The notes below the pieces were generated by a model. That model was not told the DNA's origin. It saw only the letters and a list, made by a program, of their open reading frames with translations, and did no database searches. A stretch of DNA of 64,000 nt from Mobula hypostoma (Eukaryota): contig NC_086098.1 of assembly GCF_963921235.1 (NCBI RefSeq), forward strand, positions 3,224,001-3,288,000. Direction: 5' to 3'. Below, in pieces: positions 12,235 through 26,269 of the stretch. Made by a program: the position numbers and the translations under genes. Every line of letters starts with the position of its first letter. The first letter of the stretch is position 1.

Positions 12235-14420
12235 GATAGAATAAAGCACAGAAACAGACCCTTTGGGTCCATTTTGAACTATTTAACCCTCCTACTCCCA
12301 TCAACCTGCATCGTGATCATAGCGCTGAATACCCCTACCATCCCTGTACCTATCCAAACTTCTCTTCAACATTGAAATTGAGCTCACATGCACCTCTTGC
12401 AGCTCATTCCACACTCTCAAGACTCTAAATGAAAAAGTTCTCCTTAAATTTCTCACCTTTCACATTTAACCTATGACCTCTGGTTGTAGTCCCACCCAAT
12501 TTTGGTGGAAAAAGCCTCCTTGTATCTACCCTATTTATGAGGGGTATAGATAGGGTAAATAGAAGCAGGCTTTTATTAAGCTCTATCAACTCTCCGCCCA
12601 GTCTTCTACCTTCCAAGGAATAACAGTCCTAACCTATTCCATCTTTCCATATAACTCAGGCCCTCCAGACCCTGCAACATCCTTGTAAGTTTTCTCTGTA
12701 CTCTTTCAACCCAGTATTATATTGTTCTTGTAGGTAGATGACAAAACCTACACACAATACTCCAAATTAGGCCTCACCAATATCTTATACAACTTCAACA
12801 TAACGTCCCAACTCCTGTACTCAGTACTTTGATTTACGAAGGCCAATGTGCTAAAACATTTCTTCACGACCCTATCTACCGGTGGTGCTCCTTTCAGTGA
12901 ATTGTAGACCTGCATTCCTAGATCCCTTTGTTCTACCACACTCCCCAGTACTCTAACATTCACTGTGTAAGACCTACCATGGTTGGTCCTACCAAAGTGC
13001 AAACCCTCACTCTTGTCAGAATTAGGTTCCATCTGCTATTTTTCCAGTCTGTCCAGATACTCCTGCAAAAGATGACCGCCTTCTTTACTGTCCACGACAA
13101 CCTCAATCTTGGTATCATCTGCAACTTTCATTTAACCACATTATCTTTCAGATTATTGATCTAGGTGACGGACAACAACGGACCCAGAACTGATCCCTGC
13201 GGCACACTATTTGTCACAGGTACCAATCAGTGGGGCAACCACCTGCTAACACTTGCTGGCTTTTCCTACAAAGCCAATGTCTAATTCAATTTAATACCTC
13301 ATGTTGAATGTGGAGTGACTGAACCTTCTTGACCAACCTCCCATGTGGGACCTTGTCAAATGCTTTACTGAGGTCCATGTAGACAACATCCACTGCCTTG
13401 CCTTCATCCACTTTCCTGGTAACTTCCTTGAAAAACTCAATAAGATTAGTGAGACATGACCTACCATACATGAAGCCAAGCTGACTATCCTTAATCAGTC
13501 CATTTCTATCCAAATACTTATATATCCAGTCCCTTAGAATACCTTCCAATAACTTTCCTAGTACTGGTACTGATGTCAGGCTCACCAACCTATCATTTCC
13601 TGGTTTATTTTTAGAGACTTTCTCAGAAAGCAGAACAACATTGACAATCTTCCAATCCTCTGGTACCTCTCCTGTTGCTAAGGATGAATTAAATATCTCT
13701 GCTCGGGCCCCTACAATTTCTGCACTTGCCATCCAGAGGGTCCAAGAGAATAACTTATCAGGCCTTGGGGATTTATTCAACCTAATTTGCCTCAAGACAG
13801 CACACACCTTCTCCTCTGTAATCTGTAATAGGGTCCATGAAGTTGATGCTGCTTTTCCTCACTTCTGTAGACTCTGTGTCCATCTCCAGAGTAAATACAG
13901 ATGCAAAAAATGCATTTAAGATCTCCCCCAACTCTTTTGGCTCCACACGTCGATTGCCACTCTAATCTTTCAGAGGACCAACTTTATCTCTTGAAATCAT
14001 TTTGCTCTTAACATATCTGTAGAATCCCTTAGGATTCTCCTTCACCTTATTTGCTAAGGTAGCCTTATGCCTTCTTTTAACCCTCATTTCTTTCTTATCT
14101 GTTCTCCTGCTTCCTTACACTCCATGGGCACCTCATTTGTTTCTACCTGCCTATACCCACAATGCACCCCCTTTGCTAGATCCTTTCAAAATTGGCCTTT
14201 CTCCAAAGTAAAACCTCAACCAGTGGACCAGACCTATCTTTTTGCATATTTACCTTGAAACTAATGGCATTACAATCACTAGATGCAAAGCATTCACCTA
14301 TACAAAATTCTGTCATCTGCCCTGTCTCATTTCCTAACAGCAGACCAAGTATTACACACCCTCTCATTGGGACTTCCATGTACTGATTAAGAAAACTTTC
14401 CTGAACACATTTGTCAAACT
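12235..14420 (-). mobile_element. Decayed CR1 LINE lying between the two PLE fragments
   Basis: ORFs 13286..13807 (YMDLSKAFDKVPH), 12748..13032 (LVRPNLEYCV), 14176..14379. Confidence 0.9.
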
Positions 14421-14444
14421 ATGTGTCGTCTAGTTTTTTTTTAC

Positions 14445-14760
14445 AGTATGGGAGATGAAGGAACTGAGAGAAGGGAATAGCATGTTTACAGGAGACAGAG
14501 AGTGAAGAGGTACAGTCAAGGTAATGGTGGGAATTGGTAGGTTTATAAAAGTGTTGGTTGACATTTTGTCTCCAGAGATGGAGAAAGAGAGATCGAGAAA
14601 GAGGAGGGAGAGAGGTGGACCAGGTGAATTTCAGAGCAGGGTGGAAGTTGGAGCCAAAGTTGATGAAATTGATGAGCTCAGCATGGGTGCACAAGGCAGC
14701 ATCGATGCATTTGTCAATGATGCAGAAGAATTGAGGAGCATTACTGGGAAGGATTGCGAC
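14445..14760 (-). mobile_element. Penelope-like RT thumb fragment, probably the same element as 11540-12185
   Basis: FINF..NFHPALKFTWS and YKPTNSHHYLD.TSS...CKHAIPFSQFL. Confidence 0.75.
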
Positions 14761-15030
14761 ATGGACATAAAAATGTCATAAGGATAGTGGGTATTGCATT
14801 TTTTAAAGTTTTGAAGAGTTATTTATTTAGAGATACAACATGGTAACAGGTCCAAACCTATGCTGCCCAATTACTCCCATATGATCAATTTACCTGCTAA
14901 CCCATATGCCTTTGGAGTGAGGGAGGAAACTGGAGCACCTGGATGAAACACAGACGGTTACAGGGAGAACATACAAACCCCTCAGACACCAGTGGAAATA
15001 GAACCCCGATCACTGTCACTTATTATTAAA

Positions 15031-15520
15031 TACACTTTATTAGGTACACCTGATCATTAACTAATGCAATTATCTAATCAGCCAATCATGCAGCAGCAGC
15101 TAAATGCATAAAAACATGCAGAAATGGTCAAGATGTTCAGTTGTTATTCACACCAAATATCAGAATGGGGAAGAAATGTGATCCAAGTGTCTTTGACCGT
15201 GGAATGATTGTTGGTGCCAGATGGGGTGGTTTGAGTATCTCAGAAACTGCTGATCTCAACAGTCTCTGGTGTTTACAGAGAATGGCGCGAGAAACAGAAA
15301 AATGTCCAGCGAGCAGCAGTTCTGAGAGAGGTCAGAGGAACGCAGAAGCCAGACTGGTTCAAGGTGACAGGAAGGTGACAGTAACTCAAAGAACCACATG
15401 TTACAACATTAATGTTCAGAAAAGTACCTTGTGTAGACAACACATCAAAACTTAAAGTAGATGGGCTACAGCAGCGGAAGACCATACGGGGTTCCTCCCT
15501 TGTACCTAATAAAGTGAGTG
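15031..15520 (+). mobile_element. Non-autonomous Tc1-like transposon
   Basis: CACTTTATTAGGTAC...GTACCTAATAAAGTG inverted ends; transposase N-terminus MGKKCD.S.FDRGMIVGAR..GLSISETADL. Confidence 0.85.
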
Positions 15521-16629
15521 CATAATCTACAAGAATAAAATCACTTTTGTTAAGCTTCAGAAAGTTTGCTTGGCAATAATTATGGCTTGATCTACATTAA
15601 ATTGTATTTGCAGTTGATGTAACAAAATAAGACCACAAGACATAGGAGCAGAATTAGGCCATTCAGGGCTTTTCGTGAACTCCAGTTATGGATGCTATTT
15701 GCTTACTTTTATTATTTGTGCAATTGTTTTTCTGCACATTATGTGTCCGGCAGTCTTTTTTTTAGTGGGTTCTATTGGGGTTCTTTGCTTTGTGACTTGG
15801 CTGCCCGTGAGGAGATGAATATTAAGGTTGTATACAGTTTACATACTTCGATAATAAATGTACTTTGAACTTTCAACTTCAACATTGATTGAGATGATTT
15901 AGGCTATCTTTGATAAAAATGTTGGAAAACAAACCATTAGTTTAGCTGGCCATTTGATTATTAATTTATACTTGGTTCAGCACAACATTATCGCCAAAGG
16001 ACCTGTTCCTGTTCCTGTGCTGTCCTGTGTGCTGTCTGCTGTCTGCTATGCTCTACATTCCATTTTATGCACTCCTTTGATGTTATCAGTGGCAGAATAA
16101 AAACAAGAAGAGTAGGTAACCAGGAAAAGATTTCAGTCCATCTCTTTCTAAGGTAATGCTGGGCACTGGATTGAATTATGCAGATTAGTCTACAAAATAT
16201 CAAAAAACGAAATAAAATCTCAAATTCAACAAATAATCTGAAAAATAGTGTTGATTGCATAGGCTATTTCAGCATTTGGTTCATAAAATGAGATCGCAAA
16301 ACTGTTGCTTAACATTTAACTATTTGTTTTAGAGAGACAGCACGGTAACAGGCCATGCTGCCCAGTCACACCCCCGTGACCAATCAACCTACTAACCCAT
16401 ACACCTTTGGAATGTGGGAGGAAGCCCACATAGTCACAAACTCAAGTGGTGAGAATTGAACTCAGGTTGTTGGCATTGTAATACTGTTACGCTAACCACA
16501 ATGCCACCATGCTCCCAGATTTGTGAAGTTTATAATTATAACTACATTTGAAGTATATTCAATAAGGTGGAGATAAGTTAACTTGTGAGTATATGAAATC
16601 CAGATTTGAAAAATAAGTGAAAATCTCAA

Positions 16630-17005
16630 GTCATCATCATGTGCCGTGTCTTATGACATGGTCGATCATCGTCTATCCATAACCATGATTGTTCTTGGCA
16701 CATTTTTCAACAGAAGTGCTTTGTCATTGCTGCCTTCTGGGCAGTGTCTTTACAAGATGGGTGATCCCAGCCATTGTCAATACTCTTCAGAGATTGTCTG
16801 CCTATCATCAGTGGTCGCATAACCAGGACTTGTGATATGCACCAGCTGCTCATACAACCATCACCACCTGCTCCCATAACTTTACCTGACCCTGATCGGT
16901 GGGAGGTAGCGGGGAGGCTAAGCACCTTGCCCAAGGGTGACCTGCAGGTTGGCGGAGGGATGGAGCACCTTACATCTCCTTTGGCAGAAACGTACCACCA
17001 CCCCA
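16630..17005 (-). mobile_element. SINE-like interspersed repeat (family copy in opposite orientation at about 44320-44672)
   Basis: Reverse-complement similarity to 44320-44672; (CAT)n-type tail. Confidence 0.6.
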
Positions 17006-17079
17006 CCATCTTGGTCGGCTTACTATTCATGCTTGAGATAGACTAAGCCACACCCTGTCAAACTCAAAATGGCATAGTG

Positions 17080-18882
17080 CATAAAGTATAAAAGAGAGGC
17101 AAGAGTGAATATTAGACCCCAGGAAAACAATGCTGCAGAGGTAGTAATGGGGGACAATGAAATAGCGGATGGACCGAATAAATATTTTGCTTCAGTCTTC
17201 ACTGTGGAAGACACTAACAGTATGGTGGAAGTTCCAGGTGTCAGGGGGCATGAAGTGTGTGAAGTTACCATAAAAAGAGAGAAGGTTCTTGGGAAACTAA
17301 AAGGTCTGAAGGTAGATAAGTCACCTGAATCAGAGTTCTGAAAGAGGTGGCTGAAGAGATTGTGTAGGCATTAGTCATGATCTTTCAAGAATCACTTGAT
17401 TCTGGAATGGTTCCAGAAGACTGGAAAATTGAAAAAGTCACTCTTCAAGAAGGAAGAGAGGCAGTAGAAAAGAAATTATAGACCAGTTAGTCTGAACTAA
17501 GTGGTTTGGAAGGTGTTGGAGTCCATTATTAAGGATGAGTTCTCAAGGTGCCTGCAGGCACATGATAAAATAGACGGTAGTCAGCATGGTTTCCTCATGG
17601 GAAAATCTGACTGACAATCTTGTTGGAATTCTTTGAAAAAGTAACAAGCAGGATAGACAAAGGAGAATTGGTTGATGTTGTTTACTTAAATTTTCAGTAG
17701 GCCTTTGACAAGGTGCCACACATGAGGCTGCTTAACAAGCTGTGAGCCCAGGGTATAACAGGAAAGATTCTAGCAGGAATAAAGCAGTGGCTGATTGGCA
17801 GGAAGCAAAGAGTGGAAATAAAGGGATCCTTTTCTGACTGGCTGCCGATGACCAGTAGTGTTCCTGTTCCACAGGGGTCTCTGTTGCAATCATTTCTTTT
17901 TACATTGTATGTCAATGATTTGGATAATGGAATTGTTGGCTTTGTTGCAAAGTTTGCAGACAATATGAAGATAGGTGAAGGGCCAGGTATTTTTGAGGAA
18001 GTAGAGAGGATACAGAAGGACTTAGACAAATTCAGAGAATGGACAAAGAAATGGCAGAGGGAATCGTGTTGAGAAGTGTATGGTCATCTACTTCAGTCGA
18101 AGAAATGAAAGGTTTGATTATTTTATAGATGAAGAGAAAATACAAACAACTGAAATGGAAAGGGACTTGGGAGTCCTTGTGCAGGATTCCCTAAAGGTTA
18201 ATTTGCAGGTAGAGTCAGTGGTGAGGAAGGCAAATGTGATGTTAGCATTCATTTCAAGAGAACTAGAATATAAAAGCAAGGATGTAATTTAGAGACTTTA
18301 CAAAGCACTGGTGAGGCCTCACTTGGAGTATTGTGAGCAGGTTTGGGCCTTTATCTTAGAAAGGATGTGCTGAAACAGGAGAACATTCAAAGGCAGGTCA
18401 CAAAAATAATTCCGGGATCGAATGGCTTGTTGTATGTAAAGCATTTGATGGTTTTGGGTCTGTATTCTCTAGGATTCAGAAGAATGAGGGATGACTGCAT
18501 TGAAACCTATCGAATGGTGAAAGGCCTTGGTAGAGCAGATATGAAGAGGATGTTTCCTAGGGTGGGAGAGTCTAAGACCAGAGGACATAGCCTCAGAATA
18601 GAGTGACACCCTTTTAGAACAGAGATGAGGAGGAATTTATTTAGCCAGAGAGTGGAGATTCTGTGGAATTCTTTGAAACAGGTAGCTGTGGAGGCCAAAT
18701 CTGTATGCATATTTAAGACAGAGGTTGATAGATTCTGGATTAGTCAGGAAATGAAGGAATACCAGGAGAAGGCAGGAGACTGGTACTGAGAGGAAAATTC
18801 ATTCAGCCATGATGAAATAGCAAAGCAGATTTGATGGGCCAAATAGCCTAATTCTGCTCCTAAACCTATTGGTCTTATGGTC
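17080..18882 (+). mobile_element. Decayed CR1 LINE ORF2 and 3' end
   Basis: NKYFASVFT, KFADN, TRGHSLRI motifs with many stops; 3' end TCTTATGGTCT. Confidence 0.9.
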
Positions 18883-18907
18883 TAATAACCAAGATATACA
18901 TTAAATA

Positions 18908-19425
18908 TACACTCTGTGGCCACTTTATTAGGTACACCTGTACACCTAGTTATTAATGCATATTTCTAATCAACCGATCATGTAGCAGCAACTGAATGCA
19001 CAAAAGCGTGCAGACATGGTCAAGAGGTTCAGTTGTTGTTCAGACCAAACATTGGAATAGGAAGAAATATGACTTAAGGGACTTTGACTATAGAATGGTT
19101 GTTGGCATCAGACATGGTGATTTGAGTATCTCAGAAACTGCTGATCTCCTGGGATTTTCACAAGTAACAGTCTCTACAGAGAATAATTGAGTGACAGTTC
19201 TGTGGGCAAAACTGCCTTGTTAATGATAGAGGTGAAAGGAGAATGGCCAGACTAGTTTAACCTGATAGGAAGGCGATAGGAAGTCAAATAAAACCACACA
19301 TTACAACAGTGGTGTGCAGAAAAGCATCTCTGAATGCACAACACATCGAATCTTGAAATGGATAGGCTACAGGCAGCAGGAGACCATGAAAATACACTCA
19401 GGGCCACTTTATTAGGCACAGCAGG
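18908..19425 (+). mobile_element. Non-autonomous Tc1-like transposon
   Basis: TACACTCTGTGGCCACTTTATTAGGTAC terminus; LSISETADLLGFS fragment. Confidence 0.85.
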
Positions 19426-21850
19426 TACATTCTCATGATCTTGCACCTTATTGTTTACCTGCACTGTTACACTTCGTTTTGCATTGTTATAATTTTACCT
19501 TGTTCTAACTCAATGTACTGTGTAATGATCTGATCTGTATAAACAGTATACAAAACAAGCTTTTCTCAGTACATGTGCAATAATAAAAAGAAATTCAAAT
19601 TCCAGATAATAAGTGCAATGGGAAACTAAAAGAGGAAAATCAAAACTCTGGACAAAGGTAAAAGCAAGAGAAGATGGAAGCTGGATGCTGTGCTGTAGAT
19701 GAAGAGAGGCGATTGAGGTATTGAGGGTACGAGCTCATGATCAACTCTATTGCCTCTCTTCAATTGACGTGTCAAGGGCATGAGCCCATTATCAACTCCA
19801 TTGCTCCTCTCCAATTGAGGCATTGAGCAAGCTGAAGTCAACGAGGATGAGAGTGGAAGACAGGTGAGTCTTCGGCACGGTCTGCCTGCATTTGAGCAGT
19901 CTTCCGCTCCCTCTTGCTACCTGCTGTAGGAGGAAAATGCAGGAGTCTTGGGCTCCACATTGCCAGGATTGATCAGAGAGGCTGTGGATACATTTTGGCG
20001 GACTTTGAGATTCACGGAGCACGTGCTCCTGGATTCTGGTAATTCTTTTATTTGCTGTTTAAGAGCAGTTTGATCAGGGCAATCGATGCAGACAAGGCTG
20101 CTTCTGCAAAGAACGGCCCGGTGACCTGCAGTGGCTAGTGGCGTTGCACTGAACTGAACTGAACTGAACTAAACTGAACACTGTTGCTTTGATGTTTCAT
20201 ACTCCATGTATTTTTCACTCGCTTTTTGCCATTTGCACAATTTGTTCTTTTTTTCATGCGTTGGGTTTTGATGCTTTCTTGAAGATGTTCCACGGTGTTT
20301 CTTTATTTCGTGACTGCCTGTGGGAAGGCGAATCTCACAGTTGTATTCTGTATACATACTTTGATAATAAATGTATTTTGAATCTTTGACACACTGAGAT
20401 AGAAATTCATCTCCAGTGACTTGCTCTGTACGCTCATATACTGCTGTGGCTGAGCATTGAGCTCAGATTTCTGAATGGACAATGAACCCATGTGCAATAC
20501 CTCATTATTTTCTTGCTTTCTTTTTGCACTACTTATTTATTTTTTTATATATGGTTCTTATTGTAATTTATAGGTTTTTTTATTATATATTGGAAAGTAT
20601 TGCTGCTACTAATTAACAAATTTCACATCATATGCCAGTGATATTGAACCTGATTCTGACTCTCTATTTCACCTGATTTACTCCTCTGGAGGTGAAGTAT
20701 GCCTCGTTCTATTGGATTCTGCTCGATTTTATGAAGAGATGTCTATGGCGTGTACACCTCCAGCATATAAAGTAGAAGTTTCAAGGCATTTTCAAAGTAC
20801 TGTTAATCACTGTGCCATGTGTGCTTTCAGATATCTTAACAGAACCTTTCTCCAGGTGGGAAAGAACTACTTTCTACCTGAGGTTATACCAATTTATTTA
20901 TACCAATCTCATTTTAACATGCGTTCCCATACCCACATCAGACACTCGCACTCCAAAGTGTCAGCGTGGGGCAGAGATAACAGTTCACTACAGGGGTTCA
21001 CATGACAAACTAAATTAAGAAAGTAAAACTCAGACTGTTGTTTGTAATAATTATTGGATGAAGACAGTAAAGTTCTTAGCATAGGAAGAGGTTGAATACA
21101 TTTGGGTTGTTTTCTGTGCAACAGTGAAGGCTGAAGAGAGACCCGATGGAGGTTTATAAGATTATGACAGTACAGTGGGTATCTTTTCCCAAGGCTGAAA
21201 TGTCTAATACCAGTCAGTATTATTTTAGATGACAGAGGGTAAGTTCAAAGGAGATGTGTAGGTGTCATCCCCGGTTATGTGGACTCTGAAAACTTGTGGT
21301 CATTCCTCAACCATACTTTATTCACTTGTGCATGAGGGGAATGGTGTGGCCCCTGTTACCCACACTGTTCTGAGGTCTGAACAGAGAAATGCTGTTTTTA
21401 TACAGAATTGATTAAGAACCACAGATATTGGCCATTTGGTAACAGCGTACGTTTAAGTTCCTTATTTGCAAGATCAATCACCATTCACTATAGAGGTTTT
21501 AAAAATAAATAGAAACTACAAGCTGACAACTGATGATACTTGGGAATTATTAACGTAATTGTCCCTCAGTTTGTATGTGTGCTTTGCATCCTTTTGTTAC
21601 ATTCTTATCTCGAGTCCCAGTCGCAAAGTAACTCGGGCCTCCCTGCTGTGCAAAGGGAAGGTATGCTCTTCAAAGGCCTTTCTGGCCTGGTCTTGCTGCA
21701 CTCCATCTGTAACCTCTTCCTGTCCGGACACTCTCTTAACCCTTGCCTTACCGCAGGTTTTTTAAGCACAGGGGGAGTAGTTTAGTTGGCTATTGATGAT
21801 TAATTTACTAGTTTTGCACAGCATCCTGGGCTGAAGGATCTGCTCATGTA

Positions 21851-22307
21851 TGAGAGGTGATTGATAAGTTTGTGGCCTAAGGTAGAAGAAGTCAATTTTA
21901 GAAAACCTAGCACATTTAGTTTTCAACATAGTCCCCTCCTACATGTACACACTTAGTCCAGCGGTCGTGGAGCATACGGATCCCTTCTTTGTAGAAGTGG
22001 TCCACAGCAGGGGTGATTGATAAGTTCATGACCTAAGGTTGAAGGAGATGAGTTATTAACTTCAAACTTTCTGCATTATCACTCAAAGAGTTGAACTGCA
22101 CGTGCATGTAACGAGAGCGTCTTGGACCTCTAGGTGTTCCACAGCAGGGGTGATTGATAAGTTCGTGGCCTAAGGTAGAAGGAGATGAATTATACAGCTC
22201 TCGTTACATGCACATGCAGGTCAACTCTTTGAGTGAAAACGCAGAAAGTTTGAAGTTTCTCGTCATTTCCTTCTACTTTAGGCCACAAACTTATCAATCA
22301 CCCCTCG
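21851..22307. mobile_element. Mariner-type MITE with internally reiterated terminal repeats
   Basis: TA|TGAGAGGTGATTGATAAGTTTGTGGCCTAAGGTAGAAG ... CTTCTACTTTAGGCCACAAACTTATCAATCACCCCTCG|TA; TIR repeated internally near 22009 and 22147. Confidence 0.85.
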
Positions 22308-22492
22308 TACTGTTTGTTCTACATTCTTCAAAAGCTCAGAAATGGAAGTTGTTTAAGTTATAAAATTATATAAATAACAGATGTTCTTCTCTTTGCAGCA
22401 GTGTGGGCTCAGTTTATTCTGGGATCATCAGTTGATCTGCCACCTGTCTTTACACAGGACAGTTAACATCTTAGTCCACTGTATTTTTTAAC

Positions 22493-22862
22493 TCTGCTTA
22501 CGGAGTTGGGCACGGTAGCGCAGGGGTTAACACAACGCTGTTACAGTGAAGCAGTGTGGGCTCAGTTTATTCTGCTTACGGAGTTGGGCCACGGTAGCGC
22601 AGTGGTTAACACAACGCTGTTACAGTGAAGCAGTGTGGGCTCAGTTTATTCTGCTTACGGAGTTGGGCCACGGTAGCGCAGGGGTTAACACAACGCTGTT
22701 ACAGTGAAGCAGTGTGGGCTCAGTTTATTCTGCTTATGGAGTTGGGCCACAGTAGCGCAGGGGTTAACACAACGCTGTTACAGTGAAGCAGTGTGGGCTC
22801 AGTTTATTCTGCTTACGGAGTTGGGCCACGGTAGCGCAGGGCTTAACACAACGCTGTTACAG
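22493..22862 (+). repeat. 79-bp tandem repeat, about 4.7 copies
   Basis: TCTGCTTA recurs at 22493, 22571, 22650, 22729, 22808; near-identical units. Confidence 0.95.
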
Positions 22863-23893
22863 CTCAGGGCATTCCAGAGTTCAGAGTTCAGTTTACACCA
22901 TTCTGTAAGGATTCTCTGTACGTCCTCTCTACGGGTTTTCTCCGGCTGCTCTGTTTCCAAAGACGTAGCGGGTAGTACGTTAGCTGGTCATTGTAAAGTG
23001 TCTCGTGATTACATGAGGGATAGATCAGGGATGTTGGATGTTGCTGGGTGGTGCAGCTCCAAGGGCCTGAAGGGCCTGTTGTGTCTGTGCACAACTACAT
23101 ATCAACTAAATAAAAGCACACACGGAAGGGAGGGCTTTACCTAGTGTATTCACATTGCAACGAGAGAGAGAAAACAATACACATGCATGAACCACAGACA
23201 GCTGATCAATGCATAGTGCTAAAGGTGGGCAGGGTCATTGCTCTAAAAGAAATACATTCGTACATTACACTTCCTCCCCCTTTAGATTACTGCACCATAA
23301 AATTGTATATGTACAAAACATTCAATTTCCCTTTCATAAACCCTTGTTCCAAATAAGCATGCTTTCACAGTAACAGTCCATAACTAACTTCACAGTTCTA
23401 AAGGTTCTGCCTTTTGGGTGGCCTCTCTGTTTCAGGATAGCACCTCTGGACCTGCGGAGTGGCATCAGGTTTGGCAGGTGTCTTGTCAGTGACAGCATTC
23501 TCGGTTTCCGGTGTCACATTGCTGTCAGTGACATGATCATCACTGCCAGGCAAGTCCGGTGACTGTAATGTGTCCATCTTGTTGGATGTAATCCACTCAG
23601 ATGTGTTCTTCGACTGACCATCCAGTATCTGGTCCACATGATGTCTCCCTGTCTGATCTCCAACGTCCACTGTGTACATCAGTGGTTTAGATCTTGTACC
23701 TACGTACCGGTGTCCACTTGTCTTCTCAGTAATCACACGGTAGGACTTCCTGTCCAATCTCGAAGCTCCTTGCTGCTTCACTTGGCAACTGGTTGAACTG
23801 TTCATTCTGCACTTCCCTCCAGAGGCCTAGTTTCAAGATGCATTAGTATAACCTCCAGCAATTTCAAATCAGCATCCATAGCCACCAGAAACG

Positions 23894-24450
23894 TGTACCC
23901 TCCGGTTCGGCCGGCGGTGTACGTCTAGGGACCCCGCCAAACGTGTGAAATCTGAGGAGCAAAACCTCTTGTTGGTGTGAATGCTGTGTGATGTGTTCCC
24001 CTGTTACAAATCAGTACCATGAGATAACAGACAGTACACCATATGCAATTAAACAATTTAGCTTTATAATTCTTAATTTGACTAAAGGATTAGTAAACAA
24101 AAACAAAAAGAAAAGGGCCCATTTTAATGGAACAGTCTGATGTGCACAAATTGGAGCTCATGGTTTCCCTTCTGCTGGTCCTCCATCGATTCCCCCGGGC
24201 TTCATCAACTCCCGGCCCCACTCCAAGTCCACTCCATCCTGCTATCTATGACCTCTCCATTCTGACATCTTCCCTCTCCATCCTCCGCTGAACAACAGAC
24301 CCAGATCACCTCTTCACACAACAAGAAAAACCATTCCCTTCATTGGACGACGCACATTCCAAAGCCCCCGTTATCTCTAGCCATAACCCAAACACTGCTG
24401 CTACAGAAAACCCATTATATTAACTGTCAAACCTTTCCCAGGGTGTTACA
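23894..24450. mobile_element. Solo LTR nested in the Gypsy integrase region
   Basis: TGTACC...GTTACA ends; interrupts the integrase motif DGPFMDSM|FLVAMDA. Confidence 0.65.
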
Positions 24451-25505
24451 CATGGAATCCATGAATGGCCCATCAATGTCAATACAGTATATACTCCTTT
24501 CCATGGTGACAACAGCCAATCCCACAGGTGTAACGGTGCCTGTAGGGCTGCATTTTGAACTGTTTGGCATCTTGAACAGCTTTTTGTCCAAGTCTTTGAT
24601 CTGTTTATATATTCCCTTCTCAAACTCTTTCTGATTAGCATTAAGCAGTTGTGCCTGTCTCCGGTTAGTGCTACCATTTGGACTGCCATTGCCTGTTGAT
24701 GTCACACTGCGAGCTTTGAGTGCCAGTCTAGTTGGATTTTTCTCAACCATTCACATCTGAAAGCTGCTGGCCCTCCACTTTTCAATACATAAAGCTCTAA
24801 CTGCTCTGTTTGGTCTCCATACATCACATTTACCTTCATTTTGCCTCTGGAAGACACTTCGTTGCCTACATAGGTCTTTAGCATCACTGCGGTCTTCTCT
24901 AATGGTATCTTAAAAAGCAGTCAGTTGCAAACAGCCTCTGGAATTATGGACACAGCTGGCCCTGTATCCGGCTCCGTTCTCAGTTTTGCAGCAGACATAT
25001 CTATTATGAGCCGATTAATTTTGCGATCTATGTATTATGCAGTCCTAGGCATGACAGTTCACCTTTGTCAGACTCTATGTTGTCTGATTCTGTTTTACAC
25101 TCAGTAACTTTATGCATTTGCTTAGGTTTGTGTTTGAGACTTTTCACTCAGTTGTGCTTTTTGTCTGCTTTGCACACTCTCTCTATGTGACCTTGTCTGT
25201 GACACTTCCTGCAGACCTTTTCTTTGAACCAACAGTCATTTGTATCATGTGAGGATTTGCCACATTGATAATGTCTTTGGCTTTTTGTACCATTCAGGGA
25301 AATTTTGTGCACTTCACAGTCTAAACTCCCTTTCTGTAGTTCTGTTGCATCCTTTGCTGCAGTCTCTAACAATATTGCAATGGTCAATGCCCGTTCTAAG
25401 GTTAGATCTCTTTCTGACAGTGGCCTCTTTTGAGCGTTTTGACTAAGCATGCCACATACAAGCCTGTCCCTTAATGCATCAGAAAGTCCATCTCTAAAGT
25501 CACAG

Positions 25506-25713
25506 AAGAAGAAAGCCCTTAACTCTGAGTCATTGGACACCATCATGATGGCATTTTTTTTTGCAAGTTTTCTTATTTTTACGAGGCCGAGTTGCTAGCT
25601 CAATGCTCAACCCAGCACGGATGGAAAGCGTGCAAGGGAGCCGGTTGGATTCGAACTCGTGAGCCTTCACTCCAAAGTCCGCCACTGATGCTACTACACC
25701 ACCAGCTGGCTTT
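25506..25713 (-). mobile_element. tRNA-derived SINE inserted in Gypsy gag
   Basis: B-box GAGTTCGAATCC and A-box-like TGGTGTAGTAG on minus; (TTC)n tail; 11-bp TSD TAAAGTCACAG at 25495-25505 and 25714-25724. Confidence 0.85.
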
Positions 25714-26030
25714 TAAAGTCACAGGATTGGGAAATTTGCGCAGTTCTGCAATGTATTCAGAAAGGCTTTCATCTTTTGACTGGTTCCTTTTGTAAAATCT
25801 AAGTCTCTCAGCCATTACCAGCAGTTTAGGGCTCAAGTGATGTAAAATTGTAAGAATTTCATTGAAAGTCTTGCTTGCTGGCTTTTCTGGGGTTACTAGG
25901 TTACGTAAGAGACTATACGTTCTTGCACCCATTAAGCTATGAAATGTAGGGACTTTCTATTGCCTCTCTGCATTGTTCATGTTACAATACAGTTCCACCC
26001 TTTCGATATACGACTCCCAGTCTTCATTAG

Positions 26031-26224
26031 CGCTATCAAATTCATCAACTTCTCAACTGAAGTCATTGCCACACTTTCACTTTAAATTCAGCACATCTTT
26101 CACTCTTACTATGCTGCACTGGCGCATCGCTATCAAATTCATCAACTTCTCAACTGAAGTCATTGCCACACTTTCACTTTAAATTCAGCACATCTTTCAC
26201 TCTTACTATGCTGCACTGGCGCAT
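26031..26224. repeat. Tandem duplication of 97 bp
   Basis: 26031-26127 repeated at 26128-26224 with no difference seen. Confidence 0.9.
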
Positions 26225-26253
26225 CTGTGTCGACCTTCTTGTGCTGTTTAACT

Positions 26254-26269
26254 CCCATCCTCATCGGCA
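26254..26269 (-). promoter_or_regulatory. Primer-binding site of the Gypsy element, tRNA-Ser(GCT)-like
   Basis: Plus strand CCCATCCTCATCGGCA versus vertebrate tRNA-Ser(GCT) 3' end CCCATCCTCGTCGCCA (from memory; two mismatches), adjacent to the 5' LTR. Confidence 0.7.

Noticed and set aside
22493..22862. CRISPR-like array
   Set aside because: Units are near-identical along their whole length, with no unique spacers and no cas genes; context is eukaryotic
25630..25710. tRNA gene
   Set aside because: tRNA-like head is part of a SINE with body, tail and TSD
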